From: Mustelus asterias
Taxonomy: Eukaryota
DNA: 64,000 bases
Assembly: GCF_964213995.1 (NCBI RefSeq)
Contig: NW_027590192.1
Span: forward strand, 1-64,000
Direction: 5' to 3'
Of the stretch, positions 13,102 to 25,062 are shown in pieces. Below the pieces are notes generated by a model. The model saw nothing but the letters and a program-made list of their open reading frames with translations. It had not been told where the DNA came from and did no database searches. A program made the position numbers and the translations under genes. Numbering within the stretch: position 1 is the first letter of the stretch; each line of letters begins with the position of its first letter.

Positions 13102-13592
13102 GATGCAGGTGTCCATGCCTCTCTCTTGAGTGGACAATTAGTTGAAACTTCGTCCACACACAGAACAAGATTACAGTCTCTCCCCGCTGTGAATGGTGTG
13201 ATATTTATTCAGACTGTGTAACTGGTTAAAGCTCTTCAGTCAGTGCATTGGAACACTCTCACTCAAGTGTGGCAGTGTGTCGATGCTTTTTCAGTCACAC
13301 TGACATTTCAAATCTTTTCAAATCGACAGACTGGACAATCATTTCTCCTTCTGGATTGAAAGTCCGATGATATTCAGCTCCCAAGGAATATGACTCTGTC
13401 ACGTCTCGACGTGACGTTTGAGATTTCAGCCTGTGATTCCTCTTTCAATATCCTGGAAAATGAGTTTACAAAAGTCATCAGTGTCAGTACAGGATAGGAA
13501 TTCAGAACAGACAATTTCTATGGAACATTCTTTCCTCTCTCATTCCCCAAAAGCTGTCAAACTCCATCCCACACACTCTCTCCCCATTCTCA

Positions 13593-13722
13593 GCAGGTCT
13601 GGCAGCATCTGTATGGAGAGAAAAGAACTGATGTTTCAGAGCTTTGACAAAGGGTCATCTAGACAAGAAACATCATTTTCTCTCTTGGTTTCAGATTTCA
13701 GCATCCGCAGTAATTTGCTTTT
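13593..13722. mobile_element. Penelope-derived miniature element replacing the conserved leader block in this ZNF intron
   Basis: gcaggtctggcagcatctgtatggagag; degenerate ttgacaaagggtcatctagac..gaaac; intron homology stops at ~13592. Confidence 0.5.
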
Positions 13723-14925
13723 ATAAGGCTGCAGATACCTCCTCCCAAGTAACATGCGTGTGTCCAAGACATCATCACTTGTTTCCCTTATTTCTTTAGC
13801 ACCCATGGTGCTCTCCGCAGAAAACACAGAGGAGAAGTATTCATTAAAAATCTCACCCATCTCCTGTGGCTCCACACACAGATGGCCATACTGATTTTTA
13901 AGGGGATCTATTCTCTCTCTGTCCACCCTTTTACTCTTAATATAGCTATAGAACCTCTTGGAATTTTCTTTAATCTTACCTGCCAGATCCATATCATACC
14001 CTCTTTCTGTCCTCCTGATTTCCCTCCTCAGTATTTTCTTACACTTTTTATAGTCAGAGTAATTCACTTGTCCCCGATTGCCTAAACCCAATCTATGCTT
14101 CCTTCTTTTACCTGACCAGAGCCTCAATGTCCCTTGTCTGCCAGAGATCCCTAAATTTACCATTCTTTCCCTTCATCTTAACAGGAATATACTGCCCCTG
14201 GACTCTTGATATCACACTTTCAAAACCTCCCAATTGCCAGTCATTCCTTTCCCTTCAAACAAATTCACCTAATCGACATCTGCTCGATCCTGCCTAATGC
14301 CCACAAAAGTGGCCCTGCTCCAGTTTAGGGCCTTGACTTGTGGACCTGTCCTATCTTTTTCCAGAACTATTTTGAAACTATTGGTGCTCCCAATAGTGCT
14401 CCCTGACTGACACTTCAGTCACTTGCTCCACCTCATTTCTTAACTGTCTAATAGAAAGTGATTCCAGGAATTGATAATGAAAAATAAGGAGCTGGGAGAT
14501 GAATTGAACAAGTATTTTGCCTCGGTGTTCACAATAGAGGATAGAGTTAAAACTCAGAAACAGCTGGAAATCAGAAAACAGAAGTGTGGGATGAACTCTG
14601 AAAAAGCACAATTCCCAGGGAAGTGGTCCTCAGCAAACTGTTGGAGCTGTGGGCTGATGAGTCCTCAGGTCCTGCTGGGCTTCATTCTCGGGTCTTAACA
14701 GAGTGAGAGAGTTGATGTGTTGTTCAATTTTCTAAAATTCCCCATCGGGAATTGGATAAAGGGAAACCGGTGGATGCGCTGTACTTAGATTTCCAGAAGA
14801 CATTTGATGAGGTGCCACATGAAAGGTTATTGCAGCAAATAAAAATTCATGCTGCGGGGAGAACATATTGGCGTGGATAGAAGATTGGCTCATAGCAAAC
14901 AGTGGGCAGAAATGGATCATTTTCT
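13723..14925. mobile_element. two old CR1 ORF2 fragments (- 13723-14450; + 14460-14925)
   Basis: KENSKRFYSYIKSKR, EIFNEYFSSVF; DELNKYFASVFT, LDFQKTFDEVPH. Confidence 0.8.
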
Positions 14926-14934
14926 GGGGTTTAA

Positions 14935-15785
14935 GAGAGAGAGAAACCTGGACCAACCTTTCCAGAGTCTGCACCCTCCCTGGATTCACTTCCTTTCCCT
15001 TCAGTTGCTGCAAGTCCCCAGTTTCCCCCCAGAATGAGAAAAGAAATGGAAAGGGGGAGAAAAGAAAGTGTTTTACTCACAGATGTTTGAGATAGGAGGA
15101 AGTTTGAGTCTGTCTGAAAATCAATCTTCATTCACACAAAGCCCGCGCTCTGATTGGCTGGAAGACCAGAGTCCTTCCGGTCCTCCAACTCTTCCCATTG
15201 GTCAACACCTCAGCATGAAGATCAGAGGGTGGGTTCTCCCCCGCACATGCGCAGCTTCCCCTCTCCCTCGCACATTTTGCAGTCCCGGGCCGGGGGGAGG
15301 GGGAGATCACCGAGCGGCTTCTTGCTCTTGCCGGAGCCGTCAGCCGGTTGCCTGGAAACCTTGGTTCAAGGAGATGTAGGGGAGGGGAACAATGGGTGGG
15401 GGCGGGGCTCCTGGGTCCGCGCGCCCGGGCCTGAGCACTGGAACCCGGAGACGTCACCGCGAAGCAGAGTGATTCCTATTGGCTGATTCAGGCAGGACTC
15501 TATTGTGACGTCACAATGCGGAAGTTGTCCAATGAGCTTCAGAGTGAAACTCCCTCCTCCGGACAACATCTGGGAGGAAATCAATGTTTCCCCCTTTCCA
15601 TTTCTTTTCTCATTCTGGGGGAAGTTGGGGACTTGCAGCAACTGAAGGAAATGAAGTGAATTCGGTCTGTATATTCCACACATTTTTACTCCAGTAATGC
15701 AGACATTTATCTGTCTGGCAGCCTGCATGGAAATTTTCAGCTCTCTGCATCCAGAGCAAGAAGCAGTGAGCATGGATCTGTCAAT
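14935..15785. promoter_or_regulatory. bidirectional ZNF promoter with inverted first-exon/intron arms
   Basis: CpG-rich; CCAAT/ATTGG boxes, CATGCGCA, perfect palindrome ATTGTGACGTCACAAT at 15502-15517, CGGAAGT; minus-strand donor GTGAGT at 15075-15080; arms ~14980-15060 and ~15590-15663 are reverse complements; homologue at 62160-62850. Confidence 0.75.
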
Positions 15786-16171
15786 CACACATGAGGACGG
15801 CCTCAACCGGGATCTTGGGTTCATATCACACTATCTGTAACCCCCACGACTTGCCTGGGCTTGCAAAATCTCACTAACTGTCCTGGCTGGAGACAATACA
15901 CATCTCTTTAACCTGTGCTTAACCCTCTCTCCACTCTCATTGTCTGTACCTTTAAGACTTGATTACGTTTAAAGACTCGTATTCCAACCATTATCTTGTA
16001 AATTGAGTTTGTGTCTTTATATGCCCTGTTTGTGAACAGAACTCCCACTCACCTGATGAAGGGGCAGCGCTCTGAAAGCTTGTGGCTTGTGCTACCAAAT
16101 AAACCTGTTGGATTTTAACCTGGTGTTGTGAGATTACTTACTGTGCTTACCCCAGTCCAACGCCGGCACAT
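15786..16171 (+). mobile_element. Penelope-like element 3' end (GIY-YIG C-terminus + 3' terminal region)
   Basis: THEDGLNRDLGFISHYL*, as at 63805-63860; interrupts the conserved leader block at ...ctgtcaatca|. Confidence 0.85.
16050..16084 (+). ncRNA. minimal type I hammerhead ribozyme in Penelope terminal region
   Basis: CAC-CUGAUGA-A-GGGGC(AGC)GCUCU-GAAA-GC-UU-GUG: both core boxes, stem II with two G-U pairs, palindromic AAGCUU stem III, stem I CAC/GUG. Confidence 0.7.
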
Positions 16172-16325
16172 CTTTGGACTGTGGAAGGAAAACCGGAACA
16201 TCCGGAGGAAACCCACACAGACACGGGGAGAATGTAGAAACTCTGCACAGACAGTGACCCGAGGCTGGAATTGAACCCGGGTCCCTGGCGCTGTTAGGCA
16301 GCTGCACTAACCACTGTGCCACCGG
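16166..16325 (-). mobile_element. HE1-like SINE tRNA-derived head and core
   Basis: Minus strand gtggcacagtggttagtgcagctgcc (A box), ggttcaattcc (B box). Confidence 0.8.
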
Positions 16326-16381
16326 GACACATGTCAGTGCCATCGCCCGACTCCAGCCCAGTCTCAGCTCATCTGGAACCG

Positions 16382-16460
16382 TCACCCATTCCACTGTGAC
16401 GTCACACTCTCACCCATTCCATTGTGATGTCACACCCTCACCCATTCCATTGTGACGTCA
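16382..16460. repeat. 28-bp tandem repeat x~2.8, each unit carrying a CRE or CRE-like site
   Basis: tcacccattccaYtgtgaYgtcacacYc units starting at 16382, 16410, 16438. Confidence 0.9.
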
Positions 16461-16731
16461 GGGCTTCACTCTCCGATCACAATCCCTGCCGGCCTCCCAC
16501 ATGCAGCCTCAATGGCGGCAGTCAGCCCGGGTCTAACACTACAAGCTGTCGCTCCATTTGCTACAAAGGGGGGGACCGGGAAGTTCATTTCCGGGTTTGG
16601 GTTTGAACAACATGTTTACAAAGTCTCTCCACCCACCCGCCACATTTATCATTCCCCGCACGCCGCCCACTACCTCGTATTGATCTCCCTTCCAAACTAA
16701 AACCGGCCGTCTGTCGCCATTACCCGCACTG

Positions 16732-16815
16732 ATGTGGAGATGCCGGCGTTGGACTGGGGTAAACACAGCAACAAGTCAAACAACACCAGGTTAAAGTCCA
16801 ACAGGTTTATCTGGT
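16732..16815 (-). mobile_element. short Penelope terminal fragment, inverted relative to 16093-16171
   Basis: Reverse complement aligns to accaaataaacctgttgga...ccagtccaacgccggca. Confidence 0.8.
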
Positions 16816-16819
16816 TCAC

Positions 16820-17040
16820 CCGCACTGCGCATGCTTCAGGTCCCGACTCTCATTCACTCCGATTGGTTGGAGGACCAGCCACTCCCGCTCGGTCCTCCAG
16901 TCCCGCCCCCTCCTCCTATTGGTCCGGAGCTGCCGTCAATCAATCCCCGGGCATTGTGATGTGGAGCATGCGCAGTGTCATTGCTGTCCTTGGCGCTTGT
17001 TTGTCCCGGAGAAGCGGAGTCAGCGTTAGGCGGTGGCTGG
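16820..17040 (+). promoter_or_regulatory. CpG-rich promoter of ZNF 17964
   Basis: TGCGCATGC 16826, ATTGG 16862 and 16918, GC box, CCGTCAATCA 16933, GCATGCGCA 16966. Confidence 0.7.
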
Positions 17041-17963
17041 GAGGATTTGGAAACACTTTGTGGATCCGCAAACCCTTCAGAATCATTGTCAGCTCCCTGG
17101 TTTGCAGCTGCGGGGCTTCTCCCTCCCTCCCTCCCGGGAACAGGCCCAGGTTAACGGCCCCATCCTGGCTCAGCCACTGGAGGATGGTTCACATCAGAGG
17201 ATGGGGGAGGGGGACAATAAATAAGAGGTTACACTTTGGCCTCAAATCAATGAGGACTCTGATCTCTGGGAAGGAAGGAAACCCTGGGAGGTGGGCGGGG
17301 AGGATTCACAAACACCCGCTGGAGGCCCCAACACCCCCAATAATACCCATTGGTTTTATTGTCAGTCTGCAGACAGGAGCTGGAGAACTGAACCCAGACA
17401 GAGGAGAGGGAGGGAGAAAACTGGGAGTGGAGGAAAGAAATGGTGAGATGGGTTTGGATTTCAGCCCAGGGAGGAGGGAGAGTGTGTGGCACGGGGATTT
17501 ACTGATTTGGGGGAACAAGAAAGGAAAAAATGTTCCAGAGAAACTAGAATTGTCTGTTCAGAGTTTGTATCGTGTTCTGACAGTGATGACTTTTCTAAAC
17601 TGTTTTTACAGGATATTGGAAGTGAAAGATTGGCAGACAGAAAACTCAAACCGGACATCACATCTGACAAAGTCATTCAGTTCCTTCGGAGCTGAATATC
17701 ATCGGTCTTTGAATGTGGAAGGAGAAATATTTGTCTGTTCTGCCTGTGGGCAAAGAAATTAAACATCAGTATGACCGGAAAAGTATCGAGACAAACACAC
17801 ACCCGAGTGAGAGTGTTCCAGTGAACTGAATGTGGAAAGAGCTTTAACCAGTTACACAGCCTGAAAAAACATCACAGTTCACAGCAGGGTGAAACTACGT
17901 GTATGTTGTGTGTGTGGATGTGGCTTGAACTGATCATCCAACCTGGAGAAACACAAGGGCACC

Positions 17964-19130
17964 ATGGAGAAACCGTGGAAATGTGTGGAGTGCGGGAAAG
18001 GATTCGGTTTCCCATCACAACTGGAAGTTCATCGGCGCAGTCACACTGGGGAGAGACCGTTCACCTGCTCTGTTTGTGGGAAGGGATTCACCCATTCATA
18101 CAACCTTCTGACTCACCGACGGGTTCACACTGGGGAGAGGCCGTTCACCTGCCCTGTGTGTGGGAAGGGATTCACTCGCTCATCCCACATTGTGACACAC
18201 CAACTTGTTCACACAGATGAGAGAATGTTTACATGTTCTGACTGTGAGAAGAGTTTTAAATGCAAAAAAGATCTGCTGACGCACCAACGTATTCACACTG
18301 GGGAGAGACCATTCACCTGCTCTGTGTGTGGGAAAGGATTCATTCAGTCATCCCACCTGCAGACACATCAACTTGTTCACTCTGATAACAAACTTTTTAA
18401 TTGTTCCCACTGTGCGAAGAGCTTTAAAAACAAAAAGGATCTGCTGACGCACCAATATACTCACACTGGGGAGAGGCCATTCACCTGCTGTGTGTGTGGG
18501 AAGGGATTCAGCCGTCCACCTGCCCTATTGAACCACCAGAGAATTCACACTGGGGAGAGGCCCTTCACCTGCTCAGACTGTGGGAAGGGATTCATTAATT
18601 CATCCAACCTTCTGATACACCAGCAGCTCCACACAGGGGATCGACCGTTCACCTGCTCTGAATGTGGGAAGGGATTCACCCGTTCATACAACCTTCTGAC
18701 ACACCAGCAGGTTCACAGTGAGGAGAGGCCATTCACTTGCTACGTGTGTGGGAAGGGATTCACTCGTTCATCCAACCTATTGAATCACCAGCGAGTTCAC
18801 ACTGGGGAGAGGCCGTTCACCTGCTCCATGTGTGGGAAGGGATTCAGTCAGTCATCCAACCTGCTGACACATCAGAGAATTCACAGTGGGGAGAGGCCAT
18901 TTACCTGCTCTGTCTGTGGGAAGGGATTTTCTCATTTATCTTATCTTCTGAACCACCAGCGAGTTCACACTGGGGAGAGGCCGTTCACCTGTAATGTCTG
19001 TGGAAAGGGATTTATTCAGTCATCCCACCTGCTAAGTAACACCGGCAAGTTCACAAACGACTGCAAGGTTTGGATTCTCCACTTATCGATGCTGTTAATC
19101 ATATCCAGGTCTGAATCATGTTCTCTCTGA
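17964..19130 (+). CDS. C2H2 zinc-finger protein, 12 intact fingers plus frameshifted 13th with a novel tail
   Basis: 388-aa ORF from accATGG MEKPWKC; acceptor tttttacag at ~17610; AATAAA at ~19162. Confidence 0.9.
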   Translation: MEKPWKCVECGKGFGFPSQLEVHRRSHTGERPFTCSVCGKGFTHSYNLLTHRRVHTGERPFTCPVCGKGFTRSSHIVTHQLVHTDERMFTCSDCEKSFKCKKDLLTHQRIHTGERPFTCSVCGKGFIQSSHLQTHQLVHSDNKLFNCSHCAKSFKNKKDLLTHQYTHTGERPFTCCVCGKGFSRPPALLNHQRIHTGERPFTCSDCGKGFINSSNLLIHQQLHTGDRPFTCSECGKGFTRSYNLLTHQQVHSEERPFTCYVCGKGFTRSSNLLNHQRVHTGERPFTCSMCGKGFSQSSNLLTHQRIHSGERPFTCSVCGKGFSHLSYLLNHQRVHTGERPFTCNVCGKGFIQSSHLLSNTGKFTNDCKVWILHLSMLLIISRSESCSL

Positions 19131-20854
19131 CTTTTTTCTTCTGTTGAGGTTTAATATTCTGAATAAATGTGAAATAGACATTTGATTGAATCATTGTTGT
19201 AGATTTTTGTCTTTTCCATTTGAGTGTTTAACGTCACCAGGCTGGAGCTCAGAAAGGGCAATCTGAGGGAGGGTCACACAGTAGGAACAGAACTTCATTC
19301 TTGACCCAGTCCTTCAGGGTCTCGCTGAGAGGGACAAACAGCACTTTGGTCTTTTTCATCACTTTTCACTGACAGCAAAGTCCCCGTGTGGGTGAATCCT
19401 GAGGTGTGAAAAAAATGTGTCCCAGTCGCTCTTTTCCATGGTTCCGAGCTCCTAGACACGGAAAAGAAGCTCCTTTACAACTGTGTTTAGAGTCAGGAAG
19501 AACAATGGTGAATGCTGGAAACGTGCTGTCAAAGATTGGTGTAAAACTGGGATCTATTCCTGACTGAGAGTGAAACGGCAGGTTTAGGTTTCCAGACTAA
19601 AAATGAAAAAAAGTCTAAAACATTTTAATGTGTGTGTGTCAGTCCTGGTTTATTGAACAGAAACTGGCTTCAAATAAATTGGTTGAAGTCTGCATTAAAG
19701 TAGCAGCTGGAGACGTTCAAAGGAGCCTGTTAACTGTTGGGACAATGAGACAACAATTTGATTCCCAGATAGAGAAGGAGCTGCAGTGTGTGTCCAAAAA
19801 TTCTCAGTTTTGTTGATGTGTGCTTCCCATACACTATCCTTTTAAATAAACCTCACTCCTATCAGCCTTTAACCATTATAAACAGAACAGAGAGAAGCTG
19901 AGCAGCACCAGAGCCCTGACTGACCATTTAAGAATGAGTGATGTGTTCAGCTGAAGTTTCCTGTTGGTAGTTTTCTGGGTGATCTCCTTATTTTGATCAT
20001 TCTCAGTGACCCCTGGGTGTGAACCTGCTCTCCTCTCTTTCAGACATTCACTCACTTAACATCTCCTCTCTCTCAGAAACTCAATCGCTCAACATCTCTC
20101 ATCTCTCTAACACTCACTGAACGTCTCTCTTTCTCCAGGCATTCACTCACACTTACCTCACCTTCCACCTCTCTTACACTCTAACCTCGCTCCTCTCTCA
20201 TTTTCACTTAATCTCTCTCCTCTCAGAAACTGTCTTCGTCACTTAATGTCTCTCTATCGTTCTTTCAAACACTCACTCATTTAACCTTCCTATTTCAGAT
20301 AATGCTTAAACTTATTCATTGTTTTCTCTCTCTCATTACCTCTCTCTGAAAAAGCACAAACACACTTCATCTCTCTTCGCTGTCTGAGAAAACATTTAAT
20401 TGATGGAGATTCAATCCTCTCTGTTTCTCTCTCCCACTTCCTCTGACAGGCCTTGACTCACTTTAAATCTCCTCTTTTCTAATAACCCTCTTTGGGAAAA
20501 CTCATTTGTTCTCTAATTCCTCCTCATTTCTCCCACTGATGACCCTCAGTCCATCTCCCAATTCAGTGAATGTGTTAAAAGTCCAAATAATCTCCTTTAT
20601 TGTTTAAAATGGGAATGGAGATGAATGTAATGCTGAGACTGGCAGCAATCTGTGTGGTTGTTCTTGATGCTGTCAGAGTGAGTTCACCCTCACAGACAGG
20701 AAGACTGTTCATGGTGATAACATCAAACTGACGCCGGCTGTTTCATTCTCAGGTAACACAACTTCCTGTTTCTCTGCTGCCGGTTCCAAACCTCACATCT
20801 CACTTCTGAGCAGAAAATAAATCCAGGGACCACAATCTGGTGAGAACATCTGTC

Positions 20855-21773
20855 AATGCGGCCTGTATCGTGAATCGTGTGGAGGACGGAGAAGATCTGC
20901 AGAGAGATTTGGACAGGCTGAGTGAGTGGGCGAGGATATGGCAAATGGAGTATATCGTTGAGAAATGCGAGGTTATACACTTTGGAGGAAATAATAACAA
21001 ATGGGATTACTATCTCAATGGAAACAAATTAAAACATGCTACCGTGCAAAGGGACCTGGGGGTCCTTGTGCATGAGACGCAAAAGCCCAGTCTGCAGGTA
21101 CAACAGGTGATCAAGAAGGCAAATGGGATGTTGGCCTATATTGCGAGGGGGATAGAATATAAAAGCAGAGATGTCTTGATGCACCTGTACAGGGCATTGG
21201 TGAGGCCGCAGCTGGAATACTGTGTGCAGTATTGGTCCCCTTATATGAGGAAGGATATATTGGCATTGGAGGGAGTGCAGAGAAGGTTCACCAGGTTGAT
21301 ACCGGAGATGAGGGGTTTGGATTATGAGGAGAGGCTGAGGAGATTGGGTTTGTACTCGTTGGAGTTTAGAAGGATGAGGGGGGATCTTATGGAGACTTAT
21401 AAGATAATGCGGGGGCTGGATAGGGTGGAGGCGGAGAGATTCTTTCCACTTAGTAAGGAAGTTAAAACTAGAGGACACAGCCTCAAAATAAAGGGGGTTC
21501 AGTTTAAGACAGAGTTGAGGAGGAACTTCTTCTCCCAGAGGGTGGTGAATCTCTGGAATTCTCTGCCCACTGAGGTGGTGGAGGCTACCTCGCTGAATAT
21601 GTTTAAAGCGCGGATGGATGGATTCTTGATCGGTAAGGGAATTAAGGGTTATGGGGATCAGGCGGGTAAGTGGTACTGATCCACGTCAGATCAGCCATGA
21701 TCTTATTGAATGGCGGGGCAGGCTCGAGGGGCTAGATGGCCTACTCCTGCTCCTATTTCTTATGTTCTTATGT
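20855..21773 (+). mobile_element. young 5'-truncated CR1 LINE with 7-bp TSD
   Basis: Uninterrupted ORF2 C-terminus to 21679; (ttcttatg)2 tail; ATCTGTC at 20848-20854 and 21774-21780. Confidence 0.95.
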
Positions 21774-21902
21774 ATCTGTCCAGAGAGTCAGGGCAGAGTC
21801 ACAAAGGTCACATTGTGGTGACATTTACAAATGAGTCAGTTATTTCTGTTCAGAGTTTCCATTTGCAGATAAAACCAGCTGTGTCTGTGGATCAGTTTCT
21901 GA

Positions 21903-22252
21903 ATCATAGAATCACAGAAACCCTACAGTGCAGGAGGAGGCTATTCGGCCCATCGAGTCTGCACCGACCACAATCCCACCCAGGCCCTACCCCCATATCC
22001 CTACATATATTTACCCGCTAATCCCTCTAACCTACACATCTCAGAACACTAAGCGGCAATTTTAGCATGGCCAATCAACCTAACCCACACATCTTTGGAC
22101 TGTGGAAGGAAACCAGAGCACCCGGAGGAAACGCACGCAGACACGAGGAGAATGTGCAAACTCCACACAGACAGTGACCCGAGCCGGGAATCGAGCCCAG
22201 GTCCCTGGAGCTGTGAAGAAGCAGTGCTAACCACTGTGCTATCGTGCCGCCC
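21903..22252 (-). mobile_element. full-length HE1-like SINE
   Basis: tRNA-like head gggcggcacgatagcacagtggttagc, central core, CR1-derived 3' tail. Confidence 0.9.
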
Positions 22253-23929
22253 ACTGAGTTCCCTCTGCTCTGATGTGGAGATGCCGACTCTGCTCCCCAT
22301 AGCTGGGAACTGATAGCCTGCTCCCTTAAATTCTAGATCATTCTCTCTGTATTGCTTGTTTCCTCTGTTTCTCAGCTTTTATCTTTGACCGTCTCATCTT
22401 TCTGCTTTTTAAAATCTTTCTCAATTTTTCTCTGTCTTTCTGTCTCTCCCTTCCTCTGTATCTTTCTCAGGCTTTGTGTGTTCCTATTTGATCAAGATGT
22501 TCAAAATCATGAAGAGTTTCTGATTGATTATAGAAGGATAAACAGGGAGAAAAGCAGAAAAACCCGGCAGGTCCGGCGGCATCTGTTCAGAGAGTTAACA
22601 TTTTGAGTCCATGTAATTCTTCAGGGCAGGAAAAACATGGGTTATCCATCTTAGATTAGGGAATGTGATGGGGAGATTTAATAGAGGTGTTTAAAATGAC
22701 AAATGATTTATGATAGTGTCAATGGAGAGAAATTATCTCCCAGGAGCAGGAAGTCTGTCGATGGAGAGAATCGATTTCCTCGGTGCAGGAGGGTCTGTAA
22801 GCAGAGGACACAGAGATTTAATATAATTGACAACAGAACTGAAGGGGGTGATAAGGAGAATTTTTTGCACAATAACTTGATATGATCTGGAATGCACAAA
22901 CTGACAGGTGCTCGAAGCAGGTTTAATAGTAGCTTTCAAAGGGAATTGGATAAATACTTGCAGAAGGTAAATTGGCAGAGTTATGGTGAATGGGATTAAT
23001 TGGACAGTTCACTCATCTTTGTGACATTCTGAATGTTTCTCTCCTAAGGTTTTAATGTTTGATCTTTTCGGTTATAATGTGTCTCAAACAGAAGATTAAA
23101 ATATTGGGTTTGATGAGCTGTCAGATCTCTTTCCTGTGTGTCTGTGTAACTTGAGAACTGGAGATAACCATGAGGAGGAACTGATTATTTTCAGTTCCTC
23201 TAACAGATACACCTCAGATATCAGAAATCTCAGGAGATCCACATGTCCTCATTATTCTCGCCTCGAGTATAACAGCTCTCAGTCAGGCCGAGTCAGTCAC
23301 ATGTGTCTCTGTCATGATGTTTCCACTTGTATTTTATCACTCACCTCCCAGTGACACTCACCATAACACAGACACCTTAAAATATCATTGTTCCCTTACA
23401 CTTTGTCCTCCTATTATAATCAAATGTTTGTTGGGCCTCTTGTCTCCCTTAATGTCAGATTACCTGCAGTTAAAATGACCTCAGAGACACTGAAACCGAC
23501 CTTTGTGATTATTATACCAGACTCCAATCAGCCCCAGGAGCTGCAGTTGTAAAATACAGCAGAATTGGAATAACAGACAGGTTATTGTTTGATACTGACA
23601 GTGGGAGAGTAACACACATCGAAATTTAAATACATTATATCAATATACCATGACTCACTCACAGTATCAAATGAAACTTAAACTTTGGTGAGGGTGCACT
23701 AGATACTGACTGTATTACCATTACATTGGATCAAATGATGTGTTCACTTACATACTGCAACGTGACTCTTATTATTTGATCAAACATTGTATTTGTTACA
23801 CTGAGAGTAAGTCAGTGCTTTGCTGTGTTGTCTCTGTGCTCCATCCCCACTCTGATTGTATTGGAGCCTGTGTGTGTCATTGTTACACTCAGACTCTGTC
23901 ACTGATTATTGGACAAGCAGCAAGTCACC

Positions 23930-24335
23930 GTCACAATGCCCAGCTGATTGACGGCAGCGTGGACCAATGGGAAGAGGGGGCAGACCTGGAGGACCGATCT
24001 GGAGCAGTTGGTCCTCCAACCAATAGGAGCGAACGAGGGGCGGGGCCACCTTTGACTCGAGCATGCGCAGTGTGAGTAATGGCGATGGAAAACGGTTTTT
24101 ATTTTGGGCTCGGAAATCTGTTCGAGGTGATTGGCGTTACGGAGAGAGCAATGGATCGTCCAGGTGGGTGGAAACGCTGCGTAAGCATGTTGTGAGAGTC
24201 GCAAAATGCGGAAGAGAGCTTCCCGGACCCAGTTTGCACCGAGCAGGCCTGCAGTTCCTCATGTTCGTCCCGGGTTAACGTTCGCCATTTTTATTGGGGG
24301 CAATAGGCAGCAGTGCGCATGTGCGGCCGCCATGT
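23930..24335. promoter_or_regulatory. CpG-rich promoter upstream of ZNF 25803; its core is an inverted homologue of 16855-16960
   Basis: TGATTGACGG 23945, CCAAT 23964 and 24020, GC box, GCATGCGCA 24061, YY1-like CGCCATTTT 24283. Confidence 0.7.
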
Positions 24336-24494
24336 CTGTAGAGGGCAATGTTGTCAATCAGTGGGAGGAGCTTGTTCCCCAGTGTTCAGAATGGAGACAA
24401 CTTGGCCATCAAACTGCATCAACCCTCTGAGTCCCAATGTCTTATTGATGAGGCAGAGCGGTGACAGAGAAGGAAATAGAAAGGGAAATAAAAA

Positions 24495-24590
24495 CAATAA
24501 ATGCTGGAAAATCTCAGCAGATCTGACATCATCTGTGGAGAGAGAATAGAACCAACGTTTCGAGACTGGATGACCCATAGTCAGAGCTTG
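24495..24590 (-). mobile_element. Penelope-derived miniature element with near-intact hammerhead
   Basis: Minus strand agct-CTGACTA-tgggtcatccagtctc-GAAACGTT-ggt. Confidence 0.55.
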
Positions 24591-24699
24591 TCCACGTGTA
24601 AACAGAGCATGTAAACTTTGACACCTCCATGTACCCTTGTACACCTCAATCAATCTACTTCGCTCCAAGGAGAACAACCTCAAGTTATCCAGCCTAACA

Positions 24700-25062
24700 T
24701 TGAGGTGTATAAAATTCTGAGGGGCACAGATAGGGGGGAGAGGAAGGAACTTTTCTCTTTAGTAGAGAGGTCAATAACCAGGGGCCTGGATTTAAGTTCA
24801 GGGGCAGGAGGTTTATAGGAGATGAGAGGGAAAGCTTTTCCACTCAGATGGTGGTGGGAATCTGGAACTCACTGCCTGAAAGGGTGGTAGAGGTGGGAAT
24901 CATCATCACATTTAAGAAGAATTTAGATAAACTCTTGCAATGCCATAATATGCAAGGTTACACATCACGTGTGGAAAATGGGGTTAGAATAGAACGGTGC
25001 TTGATGGCCGGCACAAACACGATGGGCCGAAGGGCCTCTTTCCATGCTGTAAAACTCTATGA
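24700..25062 (+). mobile_element. CR1 3' fragment
   Basis: IEVYKILRG, VVGIWNSLPERVVE, gatgggccgaagggcc 3' UTR. Confidence 0.8.

Noticed and set aside
12366-13157. Long alternative-frame ORFs over ZNF arrays (also 25771-26688, 59214-59753)
   Set aside because: Expected by-product of 84-bp repeats with biased codons; no independent evidence of coding
16382-16460. CRISPR-like array
   Set aside because: No unique spacers, no cas genes, vertebrate context
16734-17762. 342-aa ORF
   Set aside because: Runs through a Penelope fragment, GC-rich promoter and intron; no coherent domain
20030-20560. Pyrimidine-rich tract
   Set aside because: Looks like decayed (CT)n low-complexity sequence
22150-22252. 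tRNA genes
   Set aside because: A/B boxes belong to SINE heads; no complete cloverleaf seen
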